A stretch of 64,000 nucleotides of DNA. It comes from Octopus vulgaris. Lineage: Eukaryota. Within the stretch, counting starts at the first letter, position 1; each line of letters opens with the position of its first letter. A program made the position numbers and the translations under genes. The stretch lies in assembly GCA_951406725.2 (NCBI GenBank), contig OX597818.1, positions 30,442,001-30,506,000 of the forward strand, given 5' to 3'. This document shows, piece after piece, positions 37,112 through 49,922 of this stretch. The notes under the pieces are model-generated. The model saw only the letters and a program-made list of their open reading frames with translations, made no database searches and had not been told where the DNA came from.

Positions 37112-38593
37112 ACTAATTGTTTCATGCAATAAAGCATTTTTTATCACGTCTGGTACCTTCATGCAATCCTCAGGCTATATCCTGATATAGCTTGAGGATT
37201 GTGTGAAGGCACCAGACATGTTAAAAAATACTGTCTGAGGTGTTTGCATCACATGAAGCTATTAGTAACTCAAAAAATATATACTGTGTTTATTAAATTA
37301 TAAATATATATGCCAGCATAGAAGGTGGACATTAAACGATGAACAATGATATACATACATACATGTATGGGTTGGAGTAAAGGTATGTGGCTGAGTGGTT
37401 AGGGTATTTGGTTCATGATTGTAAGGTCATGAGTTCAATACCTGGTGGTATGTTGTATCCTTGAGCAAGACACTTTATTTCCCATTGTTCCAGTCCACTC
37501 AGCTGACAAAAATGAGTAGTATCTGTATTTGAAAGAGCCAGCCTAGTCACACTCTGTGTCACACTGAACCTCCCCTTGAGAACTACATTAAGGGTACATG
37601 TATTTCAGGAGTGCTCAACCACTTATACATTAATTTCAAGAGCAGGCTGTTCCATTGATTGGATCAATTGGAACCCTTGTCATCATAACCAACAGAGTGC
37701 AATATGGATTGGAATGGACTTTCTCTGTTCAGTCCACTGCAGAATGAAGGACTCAGCATGTTCTTTCCTCCAAGAGATTATACTGGTTTGATGAGCCTGC
37801 TCTGTCAGACTGGCTCAATATGACTTAGCAGAGAGGTGCAGTTTTTATACTCTTACCCAGGAGTAGTTAAATTGATTACATTAACCCCAGTGCTCAAGTG
37901 GTACTTATTTTATTGACCCTGAAATCAGACTGGAGTCTGGTGCAGCCTTCCAGCATGCCAGCCTGGTCAAATCATCCAACCCATGCCAGCATGGATAATG
38001 GATGTTATATGATGATGATGATGATAAAAGGTTGAAAGTTAAAGTCAACCTTGGTGAAATTTGAATTTAGAAAGTAAGGATGTACGAAATACCACTAAGC
38101 ACTTTGCCCAGCATGCTAATGATTCTGACAGCTCAGTCTTATCTATATGTAAACAGGCATAAATGCACATGCATATGCGCATGCACACACACACACACTT
38201 GCATGCACAAGCACACACACATTTATGTACTTTCATAAGGCTTTGGTCAGCCTGGAGTAACAGGGCAAATGTCTTCTAATATAACCCCAGACTAACCAAA
38301 GCCTTGTAAATGGACCAAAACTGAAAGAAATTCCCAATATATATATGGTGTTTTTAATATGGTACATCTATAAGAGATTTTAGCTTGGATGAAAACCACA
38401 GTATCTTGCCTGTCAACCATGTATATATAGGTATGATACATAGATGGCTATTTCATATATATATAATATAGTTTGCACATACATACATATTTATGTATAT
38501 ATACTGACTCATTTTCAGTTCATGTCATATCTACATATGTTTCAGAAAAGTCATTTCAAAAATAGAAAATTAATATTTCTAAAAACAATTTAC

Positions 38594-38740
38594 CAGTTTT
38601 CTTGGAGAGAGATACTGTCGTAACAAAATATCAGTTTCCTCACAGTTCACTGGTTGTGGATTGATCTGGTCTTGAGAAAATTCTGTGATCTTCACTCCCC
38701 GAGCCAATACACTCTGTGATTGCTCAGAATGATCAACCAT
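38594..38740 (-). CDS. LRRC56: LRRC56-like gene, first coding exon (MVDHSEQSQ...LLRQYLSPRKL)
   Basis: ATG at 38740 just downstream of acceptor tttcatttCAG; ends CTG|GTAAAT (phase 0, 147 nt). The 'VKITEF...NPQP...QYLSPRKL' peptide resembles the LRRC56 N-terminus (EEYLSPARL). Confidence 0.85.
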
Positions 38741-41522
38741 CTCTAAACTGAAATGAAATAAAGACATCTTAATTATGTACATTAGATAAAGGTGTGTGTG
38801 TGTGTGAGAGAGAGAGTGTGTGTTCTAAGGTATAGTGTAAAAACTGCAGTGATATTTAAAAATTAAAATATTTAGAAAAACAAATAAAAAAACAAGGTGT
38901 CTGATGCTTTGTCTTCTCAATGAGTACAGCTCAAGAAATTAAATAACAGAAATAAAACCAATTTGCTCAAATTTCTGTGGAGTAATCTATTATGAATAAC
39001 AAGTTATAACAAGTTATGGCAAAGATGAAAAGTTACATTTACAAGTGGAGAGTGTTCTTTTAGGATATACTGTTAAGAAACATGGAACACTTAATGATGC
39101 TTTTATTTTATACTATAGTAAAAGAAAGGTAGTCAAGTTGATACAAAACATAACGAGTTTTCTCCGTCTGTCTAAAATTCAAGTTTCACTAACTTCATCT
39201 TTATACTACATATAGTAAATTAAAATCTTATTTATCACTGTCACGTAAATTGATATGACAATTGCTACCAAATTATCCTTGTAGCTTGTGAAAAGAAATT
39301 TATATTTTGTCAAAGATAGAAATGATTGTTTCTCAATGTATTGATTTTCCAGGTTTAATGGCACAACATTCATCTAATTTACAAAATTCCATTTCTTATT
39401 TTTCTATTCAAGAGATGACACAATCTTGCTGAATTACCACCCGCTTTACTAATAAATCTCAAACAAACATGTCTAACCTGCACAGGCCAAGCCAAACCTA
39501 CACCCTGATCTATTGCCATCATCAGCTATACAAAACTATATTTGACAGCAAACTAGATGTGACATGTCCTAACTTTTACACTGAGTGCTACACAAACAAT
39601 TCTTAAATGATAACGGTATGTAATATAAATCTCAGATCAAAGTGAAAATTAATTTATTGGATCTCTTCCAAACATTTTGATTTGTTAGCTGTTTCACAAG
39701 TCACCCTGAGACTCAATAATAACACAAATTTATGCTACTGCTTATTCAGTTTTCATGATTCTTTGCTAAATGTTTTTATGAAGGTTTTTGTTCCTCCACC
39801 TCACAGTTAAACTTTGTGAATTCAGTAATGAGGTGGAATTTCTAATGCTTATGTAAATAACGATTGCTTGTCAGACAAAATCCAAATCTTTGTACAATGG
39901 TTTATATCACCTCACAGGGGGGAAAAACAGTCAATATTAGAACATGAATGAACTTGTTTCCTTGAACCATTATAAATATAATTAAAAAAATAACCAATCT
40001 CTCTTTGATTGCTTAAGGCAATTACATAATATATCAGTTTTAGCAATTGTAGTTTCATTTTGTAACTTCCTGACTTACTCATATTTGATTCAATCTTAGA
40101 TATACAAATTATTAGAATAAACTGTTGACCATGCTGTGGTCAGTAAGTTGAGCAGTTTTTAAGTATTTGAGTCATCATAGTATATACAATTACAGTAAAA
40201 TGTTTTATGGCGGTATCTCCTTCTTAAGTCCAACTATGTTATGTTGAATTTAATTCAGTAAATTATTAGAATACCAAATTTAGACACCATCTTTAAATTG
40301 TTCTGTTTTTCTGTGTCAACAAATTATGGTACAATCATGTTCATTTACATCAAGTATAGTGAAGTCTACGCTTTGCGGATGAGATCAGAATAAGATTAAA
40401 ATATGTCAGGACTAAGATTTGTCTCCTGCACTAACCCAAGAAAATATTAGTAATTAATTTTGTTTTTCCTCACTTTATAAATATTTCTAGTTAACTCTTT
40501 ATTGCTCTCCATATTAGTGGTAGTAAGGAGCACTCCATCGGTTACAATGACGAGGGTCCCAGCTGATATGATCAACAGAACAGCTTGCTCATGAAATTAA
40601 CGTGCAAGTGGCTGAGCACTCCACAGACACGTGTACCCTTAACATAGTTCTCAGGTAGATTCAGCGTGACACACAGTGTGACAAGGCTGGCCCTTTGAAA
40701 TACAGGTACTACTCATTTTTGTCAGCCGAATGCCCTAACCACTAAGCCACGCACCTCCATATCAATTACATTAATAATAACATAACTGTATAAATTATCA
40801 GTTTTTGACAGAATAGTCAAGATTTAGTGTTCAATAAAATTTTTAACTTTCAAATATTATTTATTCATCTGTATCCATTTTCCCCTATGTTATCAGTGTT
40901 GGTTAATACAGAAATTTTCAAAATACATATTTGGTATCAGTTGACAGTCAAACAGATGAAACGCTCAGAGTTAATTCTCTGAGAGAAGGGTACGTATCTT
41001 TAGCTCGTTCATTTAACATTAGTTTTTCTATGCTAATAGAGCTTAGACAAAGTGGGGAAGGAATATCTGAAGTGGGATTTTTACAGTAAGTGATGTTTTA
41101 TTTCAGTGGAATTCACAAGTACAAAACTAGCAGATGTGATGTTGACAGGAAATGTCAACAAATGTCACCTGTGGCAACGCAACCACATATGATGTCACCA
41201 CTTGTAATTGAGCTGCAAACAGTGCTGTAACTCTGTATAAATTGTAAACATTCACACACACACACACACATACATGTATATAGTTGAAATACATAGTGTT
41301 TATTGATAAAATATACTACACTTGATGTCCATTATGAAGTTCCAACAAATATATAACATCTCAGTTCTTAAGGTTAATTCTACAGGATTAAAAAAGGGTC
41401 CCATCCAAATACTTAATGCATAAAAGACCAAAACAGTATCACATAAAAAATTGCCACATAATCATTAATTCTGATCAGTGACTAACGATCATAAAGCCAT
41501 GAGTTTGTTTATATATGAGCAA

Positions 41523-41752
41523 GGTGGTGAGCTGGCAGAAATGTTAGCATGTAGGGTGAAATGCTTAGCGGTATTTCGTCTGCTGTTATGTTCTGAGTTC
41601 AAATTCCGCCGAGGTCGACTTTACCTTTCATCCTTTCGGAGTTGATAAATAAAGTACCAGTTACGCACTGGGGTCGGTATATTCGACTTAATCCCTTTGT
41701 CTGTCTTTGTTTGTCCCCTCTATGTTTAGCCCCTTGTGGTCAATAAAGAAAT
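41523..41752 (+). mobile_element. SINE family B
   Basis: Homologous to the reverse complement of 4286-4517. Confidence 0.85.
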
Positions 41753-42422
41753 ATATATATGAGCAAGGTACATTATTTTGTGTTGTTTCTATTTGAGGAT
41801 ATGTCATACATCTGCTTGTAACTACATAAATACCAATAGCAGTTAGCAAAGACATGGCGCAAGAACCATGTCATATTTACTTGCGAGTAATAGATAATCT
41901 GGGAGGGTAATATACATAAATAAGTACAATGACATGAAAGTAGACACAAGTACAAAGGCAGAGAACATTGGTAAGATTGTAGTGATTCTGATATCAATGG
42001 AACCCAAGCATAATAAACTGAATAGATTTCTCTGGGACAGAAAACAGTAGCTGCTCTTTGTGGAGGTTATTTGTTCACAACACATATATATAATTATTTT
42101 TAAATAAATGGAAAGGGAACACATGATGATGAATATATAAATTTTACATTCGGACCATAACTTCCGTGTTTGGGACATTTTGCCAAGTAACTAAGTGTCC
42201 CAACATCAGTTGCATAAAAGTTGGGCTTCATAAAATCAAAGAGGATGCAATTAATTTTGAAATTATAGGGTCAGTCTGTAAATAAAAGGGACATTAGAAC
42301 AAAGAATGGTGTCCTGATAAATATTTGATATTATTAGCACTAATTTGAGAAAGAAAAGGTCAAAAGAAGCTGCTGGGAGGGCTTGAACCACATATTGATT
42401 TGTTTGCTGACAGAAACAAATT

Positions 42423-42868
42423 ATTCTTTTATTTGTTTCAGTCATTTGACTGCGATCATGCTGGAGCACTGCCTTTAGTTGAGCAAATCGATCCCAGGAC
42501 TTATTCTTTGTAAGCCTAGTACTTATTCTATCAGTCTCTTTTGCCAAACCACTAAGTTATGGGGACGTAAACACACCGGCATCAGTTGTCAAGTGATGTT
42601 AGTGGGGACAAACACAGACACACACATACATATGATGGGTTCTTTCAGTTTCCATCTACCAAATCCACTCACAAAGTTTTGGTTGGCCCAAGGCTATAGT
42701 AGAAGACACTTGCCACACAATGGGACTGAACTTGGTACCACACAGTGGCACCAACCAAGTACCACAAGTGGGACAGTGGCACCAACCAAGGTGCCACACA
42801 GTGGGACTGAACCTGGAACCATGTGGTTGGTAAGCAAGCTACTTACCACAGACAGCCACTCCTGCACC
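42423..42868 (-). mobile_element. SINE family A with an internal duplication in the head
   Basis: Homologous to 24721-25128; ccacacagtgg segment reiterated at 42713-42815. Confidence 0.8.
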
Positions 42869-43249
42869 TGGTTATCTAATTTAAAGAAATTGGATGGTAA
42901 GTGCCTTGTAGAGCAATCAGTATCATAGCTATTTAGTAAATGGCAAGTGTATGGCTTTTGAGTTCCGTCACTTAACCTATTTCTATTTTTGTATTAATTT
43001 AGTATTTATGATAAATATCATGTAATAATTTACATTAAAATCTTAACATTTATTTTATAATAAAAGGTAAAGTACATAAACCATCCCAGAAATTAAAATT
43101 TTAAAACTAAAAACAATTCTGGAGCTTCTCTCATTCTCTCGCAGATGGAAAGCAATTTCAAAAATAATGTCAAAGGGCAGATGAACTCAGAGGAGTCAAT
43201 GTATTTAATAATGTGTATACATGCATATTATGTATATGTGTGTATAGTT

Positions 43250-46100
43250 AGTGGAATGTTTTTGTTTCATTCAAATGAGGCATGGAAGCAGTAAGTAACC
43301 TTCATTCCCACAGCTTCAAAGTTGGTGATAGCAAGCCAATCGAGGAAACCGGTACATACTGTCATGCTGGGCAAACATCTGGAATAGTGTTTTATGGCTT
43401 CGACACACACCAAGTTACATGGCACTCTTTACACAGTTTAGCAATCTCTTGCATTTTCAGTTGTTTTGACTCTATCTTGCCGCTCATTGGACATACTCAG
43501 TAAGAGCAGGAGAATAAGTATGATGTGTATACAACACAGTTTTAGTTCAAAAGACAAAAAGCTTGCGCTAATTTGGCACCTATATCTAGCAAATAAAACT
43601 GTGTGACATGGACCTCCAACTAAAAGTCAAATAGTCTTGTTGTTGTGGTTGGGATATTATGAACATCTATAACATATGAATACCTATTTCTTTACTACCC
43701 ACAAGGACAGACAAACGGATTAAGTCGATTATATCGACCCCAGTGCATAACTGGTACTTAATTTATCGACCTCGAAAGGATGGAAGGCAAAGTCGACCTC
43801 GGCGGAATTTGAACTCAGAACGAAGTTTCAGATCCACAGAAGGTGTAGATCAGGCAGGAGCAGTTGCAGTTATCTGCCCCTCACATATAAAAACACCCTC
43901 TGGTGAAATACTGCATGCCTGGTCATGGACTTCATTGAAACTTCTTGGAGTCACAGATGGTAGAACTTCCACTGCAGAAGTACACATATCACACATTCAT
44001 GACAATGAAATACCATCATTTCTGTATCTTCAGGTACTCAGAAAGTGTAGTATAGCTAGGAGCAGCTGTGGTTCATTGCTTCTTTGCACAAAGGCATCTC
44101 CTGTGGAGGTGCCACGTGACTGAAGTCATAGCCCTTATTAATCCCCAATAAATGGATATAACTTTAAGCATCTTCTGTTTTCTTCTTTATTTCTTTCTTT
44201 CATTTTATATCTCTTTCTTTAATTTATATATATTTTTTCTTCTAGCAGCTAGGTCATTGTTGAATTTGATTAACTATCATTATATCATGTTTGTGTGTGT
44301 ATTTGAATATACATACATACACATATGCAAAACTGCATCTCTACAGACATCAATTGACAGCATAATAAAACTATGCAAGACATTTTGAAAGTTCAGCATT
44401 TGGTTCTATCATGTTGCATACATACCCTCGCAATATGTGACTTTAACAGATGTAGCTTAAATCAACGGCATAGTCGTCTAAGACAATTATGAAGTTCTGG
44501 TCTGAAGGATATTTGCTGGCATGTTTTCTTTGAACCTGTAGGAGTTGAATTCAGCTTTGTAAAATAACAAACAAGTTATGAATTGTATAAAACAGAGTAT
44601 TACTTGCATTGCTTAAAGCAGATACATGTTCTTTTTTGGTCTATTTGAGGTGAAAGGACAAGAATCACCAACATTTGCTGGTTATTTGATCCTTTATCCA
44701 CTTTGTATGTGTACTACCAGAAGCATAAGATATTTGAGCTTACAAATTCTCAATTCAAAACAAACATTAAGCTTTATGTTCATTATCATAAGAAGTCTCC
44801 TCTACACATGTCCCTAGTTATTAGGTACTAAGATCACCTTAAACCTATTGGTAATCTCAACTCTTTAAGCTGTCGAGTGTACTTTTGAGATGCCATAACT
44901 GGAAAGTGTACTTGTCATTGGTTTTCTACTTCTCTTTGGAATTCACAGCCACAGCTTGAGGCTGGCACCAAACTAGAATGCAAAGCAACTGTCCACACTG
45001 TAAGGACATATGTAAGTAATACTTCTGAGGACCCTGGAGAAGTTCTCAAACTCAATTTTATAAAATGCTTTCACTCAGACACAATATCATTCTTAATTCA
45101 TTGAAAAAGGGTCCAGAGCTCTACCACTTTGCTTGCTAAGCTTATTGGAAGCTCTTTCATCTATCCTTTAGTGGCTAGGGTTTCTTTCTGCCTCAGGAGA
45201 TCAACATGGTGGCTTACTTGGTCTTGCATTGTTTGCACTGGGACCTTGGTGAAACTTCTTTAGTGGATCCTTTCCAGCTAGTGTGCTTGCTACAGTAAAA
45301 TTGGTAACTGAGGAACTTGGTTGTAAGGATTTTGAAATTAAAAGTTCCAAATGTGAACATTGAATACTTAACTATTCATCTATACAATGTCAAACTATGA
45401 TGGAGCTTTTCACCAAGTTCTTCCTTTCCATTATGGTGTCTACCTCCTTTGAAACCTTAACTTCTGGTCTTGGCTTCAAACCTTCTTGGCGTCAAAGCTT
45501 AAACAATTACTCAAGAACATTGATGTAATTGAGCCCCATCAAAATTTTTTTTTATTCTTAGAACTTAATTTTTGACCTCTAAGTTAGTGTACATTTTTAG
45601 GGCTAGTTTTCATTTAGATTCTCACAACTCTCTGATTTTCTAATTTATGAGAAACTCAAAAGTTTGGTCAATGTTAAACTAATTTTGGAATCCTTTGCTC
45701 AGATTGCATTATCCAAACTATTCAGGGGTTTGGATTTATACAAAAGTTCCTCTCTAACTCTCCCTTGCTTCTCCCATTCATGCTTGCTTCTTTTTGATGG
45801 GTAGCATAGTCTCTTTTCCAATAAATAAGTAAATGAAACTCTACAAATATGAAAAGGATTTGAATTGTTAGTTTCAGGGAAGGGTAAATCAACACAACTA
45901 AATATAAGTTGCTTTGCTCATCACAGTAAACTAAATTTAATTATTAAATGAGTCCTGATCAGAGTAAACATCCCCTTAATCCTGAAGCTTGTAGAATTCT
46001 CCAGGGACAGTGGGAAGAGATTCCCATAGACTTTTTTCTACAAGGCATGAAGCAAATGCCTCATCTAGAACACTACTTTTAGAACATCTTTTGTTTTTTC
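43250..46100 (-). mobile_element. Highly degraded Hero-like non-LTR retrotransposon
   Basis: Shares gaagtccatgaccaggcatgcagtatttca with 48080-48112 in opposite orientation; scattered RT-like remnants. Boundaries approximate. Confidence 0.35.
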
Positions 46101-46938
46101 ATATAACCTTAACACTATACTGAAGGGAAGAAATAAGACAGAAATACTCTAATTTGTTGATAAATTACATTTGTCAACTTGTAGAATATAAGGTGTTTGG
46201 AAGAGCTGCGCCACTGACAAGGCAATCATTGATTTTATTAGTATTCCATCTCCCTGAAATATTTGATGATGTGTATGAGGGTAACTGACTGTTACAGTAC
46301 CTCAGCATCAATCACCTATGGTAATGCCACGTCTATCTTCGAATGCTTCATAAATTTTTAGTATCATGGTACAATGTGCAGTAAATGCGCAGGCACTTCC
46401 ATTTCCATTTTAAATGGTTTTCATTTTTAACTTTTTTTTTTTCTATATTTGTTGTTTACTTTTTTAAGTTACGTTCTTTCTCTACATAAAAACTTAAATA
46501 TTATTAACAGGCTATGTACCAACAAACCTGGGTCAAAGTAATCAGAACTAGCCCCACCCCTATTGTAATTTCGTACTTCATATACATAGTGGAACATTTA
46601 AAAAAAAAAAGAAGAAAACATTTACGATTAAGAAATCAGTCATTTACACTAAAACTCTACCTAGTTAGAGATTACCGTTCATAAAACACCTAACTTACAA
46701 GTAAAGCAATAAAATTCTCTTAACTCACATTGTTTAACTACCTGTAGCAACTACCAAAAGCAACTTCTTTTTATTTTGTCTCAATATTTTCCATAAAGCT
46801 TTGGGTTTATAGAGCGGAGAAAGTAATGAAGTCCGTAATGTTTATGCATTTTTCACGATTACAAAGTAATTTTAAGCAAATGTTTGAAATTACATTAAAA
46901 GACAAGGGAAACAATGAATTTTGAAAATGTTTACTTAC

Positions 46939-47200
46939 CCCCCCAAAAAAGAGTAAATTTGGTTTATCACATATTTTGTCTTAAGACATTTGTGGAGTTA
47001 TAAATTTTACAAGTAGAAATATATCAAGTCAGCATTAGATGATAAATAACCTTAGTAAATTATTTTTAAAATAGGAAAAACTGTATGATCTTAGTTGGTT
47101 TTACCACTTCCTCCTAAAATGTAAATAATTTTGTTTAATTCACATCTTGGCAGGTGAAGAATTTTCGTTCTAAATGTTGGCATTTCTCTGCTTATCGCCC
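46939..47200 (-). other. Putative non-coding first (5' UTR) exon of LRRC56
   Basis: Strong donor G|GTAAGT (plus strand acttac 46933-46938) about 270 nt downstream of the X-boxes. The first coding exon has a splice acceptor, so an upstream exon is required. The upper boundary is a guess. Confidence 0.4.
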
Positions 47201-47204
47201 GGCA

Positions 47205-47237
47205 GCGGTCATAGCAACCGGGTCGTTGCCAAGCAAC
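47205..47237. promoter_or_regulatory. Tandem RFX X-box motifs in the putative LRRC56 promoter
   Basis: GTTGCCAAGCAAC (47225-47237) fits GTNRCC-N0-3-RGYAAC. The adjacent 47205-47218 reads GTTGCTATGACCGC on the minus strand (imperfect X-box). Local CpG enrichment; upstream of a ciliary gene. Confidence 0.7.
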
Positions 47238-47404
47238 AACTATTTACTATAGTGTCGTACAAATTTGTATAACTGAAATAATTATAAAATTGATTTCTAT
47301 TCTATATAAGAATTAAATTATTTAATAAAAGGAAATGAAATTGAGAAGAAAACATTTGTTTTTAATTACTTCGAAACAGTGTAAAATTATATAACAGTAG
47401 CTTG

Positions 47405-47414
47405 TGGCGGGAAA
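47405..47414. promoter_or_regulatory. E2F-like site TGGCGGGAAA
   Basis: Reverse complement TTTCCCGCCA matches the E2F consensus and lies in the CpG-richer 47.15-47.8 kb region. Confidence 0.3.
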
Positions 47415-47667
47415 TATTTTAGTCTGTTTAGGTTTTGTATGAGCGTGATGCCACCGAAGAAGAAATTAAAAACAACTAAAATTCATAGTAAGAAAAAGGC
47501 TACAAACTATATTTATATTTCATCTAGAACAGGAGCAGTTGTGATCGATAATTTTTATGATAAGAGTACCTGCACACCTTTTATGTAATCAAAATTTCTT
47601 TCGGTGACTGTTTTACGTAAACTATCTCTTGTTTAAATGTTGCATCCTCTTCACTACACCCATCTTC

Positions 47668-47676
47668 ATGGCGAAG
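47668..47676 (+). CDS. Putative first coding micro-segment (MAK) of a divergently transcribed gene or uORF
   Basis: ttcATGGCGAAG|GTAAAA: good start context followed by a donor site, after a pyrimidine-rich leader in a CpG-richer region. Downstream exons not identified. Confidence 0.35.
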
Positions 47677-48069
47677 GTAAAAAATACGTATACTATCCGT
47701 TTTCGGCGTAACAAAAACCCTAATCCTAAACACCGGGTGTACGTGTTCTTTACTTTCGCCCATTTTTATATGTGAAAACAATAAAGCAATCGCCCAGTCC
47801 TTATATCTCTTAATATATACTCAGTTTTCATATATAACATGCTGAATTACAGGCACTTTTGTTTAAGCGTGATTTTAACCCACTCCTTACTTCCTTTTAA
47901 AATTATTTCTTCGGATTTTTGTTTTGCACACCAGATTCGGAACCTAATAATCATAGTGCAAGATTGATTTTTTTTTTTTATCATGCGCTAAAAAAATACG
48001 AGGGCGATCTTTTGGTTGAAGATATCGAAGGAAAAGTGAAGGATCTAGAAAAATAGGGATATATTATGT

Positions 48070-49450
48070 GGAAGTTTCACTGAAGTCCATGACCAGGCAT
48101 GCAGTATTTCAACAGAGTGTGTTGTCATATGGGAGGGACAGATATATTATGTGGCCGGAAATGGAACGCTTATGACCCAGTGATATCTGTTAATCATACA
48201 GAAAGATTTCCAAAGTACATCCTGCAGTTTCTGTGTGGGACAAAACGTCTCCGATATTTATTTTATCTGTAATGTTGTGACCGTTGGGGGGAAACCCACT
48301 GATATCCATGAAAAAATGGACGACAACTTAGAAAGACGGCAGTGTTAGGGTCAGATAGAACACCTCAAGGCAGACTGAAGAGGGGTGAGGAGGATAATCT
48401 GCAAAAGAAGATAGAACATCTGGTTAACAATTTTAACAAGAGTTTTCAGTCTATATAATTGGACACAAAACAAGTATACAGGAGTGAATGTAACATGAAA
48501 GTTCATCTAAGTAAATTAAAATGCAGTAAGCAACTACAATACAAATCATTGGATACTACCCAAAGCCATTGGTCTGGGTGTATTAGAACTGCTTATCAGA
48601 AGAGGAGGAAGATCAGGGCCTCTCTGCTCAACTTGCTTATTGCACAAAAAGAGCAGCTGAATCTGAAAGCCTTGAGGGCTCTGAGAACAAACTATGTCTG
48701 AATTTCCTGAGTAACAGATCTGTGGTGGGCTCAGTTGGACAGGAACTTGGACAACATTCTGAAAAGTGATGCTATTAGGAAGATAAAGACCATGGCACAA
48801 GTGGTGCACCAGGCATTCCAAGATGCCTTTGGTTTGAAGGTAAGAAAAACTAACAAACAGCATGGTCCCAGCTGGAGGCAGCACCAGCTGGCTGAATTGA
48901 GGAAAGAGCTGAGACAGATAAAGAAAAAGTGGAAAAAGCAGATAAGAAAAATTGGCTTGAAACTAGCTTAGCTCAGACTTATGAAAGAAATCCATTCCAG
49001 CTTCACAGAGCAGAGTCGCTCCGAAAAAAAACAGAGAGAGAGAGAGATAGGTGAAAGCAAAGAAAGGCCTTTTTTTAACAATCCTTCAAGTTTGTAGCTG
49101 ACCTCCTTGGTAAGCCAAAAAGTGCAAAACTGATTTGTTCCAAGGAAGAGGTGGAGAGCAGAGTAGCAACACTGCACAGTATCCCCAGAAGAAATATTTT
49201 GTTGGGAGATTGTATCTTCCCACAGCCAATGTTCAAACTCAGCACCCCTTTCAACAATGTGAGGGCAATGGAAGCAAAAGCTGGGGCTGGATCTGTTCCA
49301 GGGTTATTTGGCACCACTTATAGGATTTACAAAAACCACCCACTGTTACTGAGGAGGGTATTTAGACTTGATGTGGAAGAAACCGTAACCATGGCTCTTG
49401 ACACTGGTTACCATATGGTAACCATACTAGTAGTCGTTAAAAAGAGATAT
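48070..49450 (+). mobile_element. Degraded Hero-like non-LTR retrotransposon
   Basis: WAQLDRNLDNILK; DLLGKPKSAKLICSKEEVE; GSVPGLFGTTYRIYKNHPLLLRRVFRL resembles the Hero SAPGPxGxxYxxYKxxPxLL motif. Confidence 0.6.
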
Positions 49451-49922
49451 TCAAACTGTTGGAGAACGTCATTGTTGATGGTTAGAGGTTGAAGGCAATA
49501 GCTGGCAGGGTCAGAAGAGTTGTCTTTCTTGGACACATTGTTTTGTGTTGATAAAGATCAGTGAGTAGAAAAGGAGAGGTTGAAGAGTTTGGTAAATCTA
49601 GAGGGTGGCTCTAGGATGCAATGTTTGAGAGTAATGAAAAGGACATTGTGCTGATTAGTGTTCATGTTGGTTTGAAGCAATTGGAGGTACTTTCATACTT
49701 GGTGCATGTATATACAAGTTAGTAGGTCTGGAAGTATGGAAGGGGATAAGTTTGAAGATTTGCCAAGCATGCGCAGCATCAAGTTGGCTGCAAAGAGGTT
49801 AGTGAAGAAGGGGTTTTTCTCATGAGGTTATTGCTCACAGAACCATTTTGCTGTGAATTTAGAGCACTTTATAGTCTGAAACAGCAAATTTTCAAAATAA
49901 TATTTAACAATTCATTTTGGTT

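Noticed and set aside
41164-41178. X-box match GTCACCTGTGGCAAC in intron 1
   Set aside because: It is isolated, lies within degenerate repeat-like sequence, and has no promoter context.
47581-47781. Minus-strand 66-aa ORF in the promoter region
   Set aside because: It has a non-ATG start and no recognisable homology; more likely the antisense of promoter/first-exon sequence.
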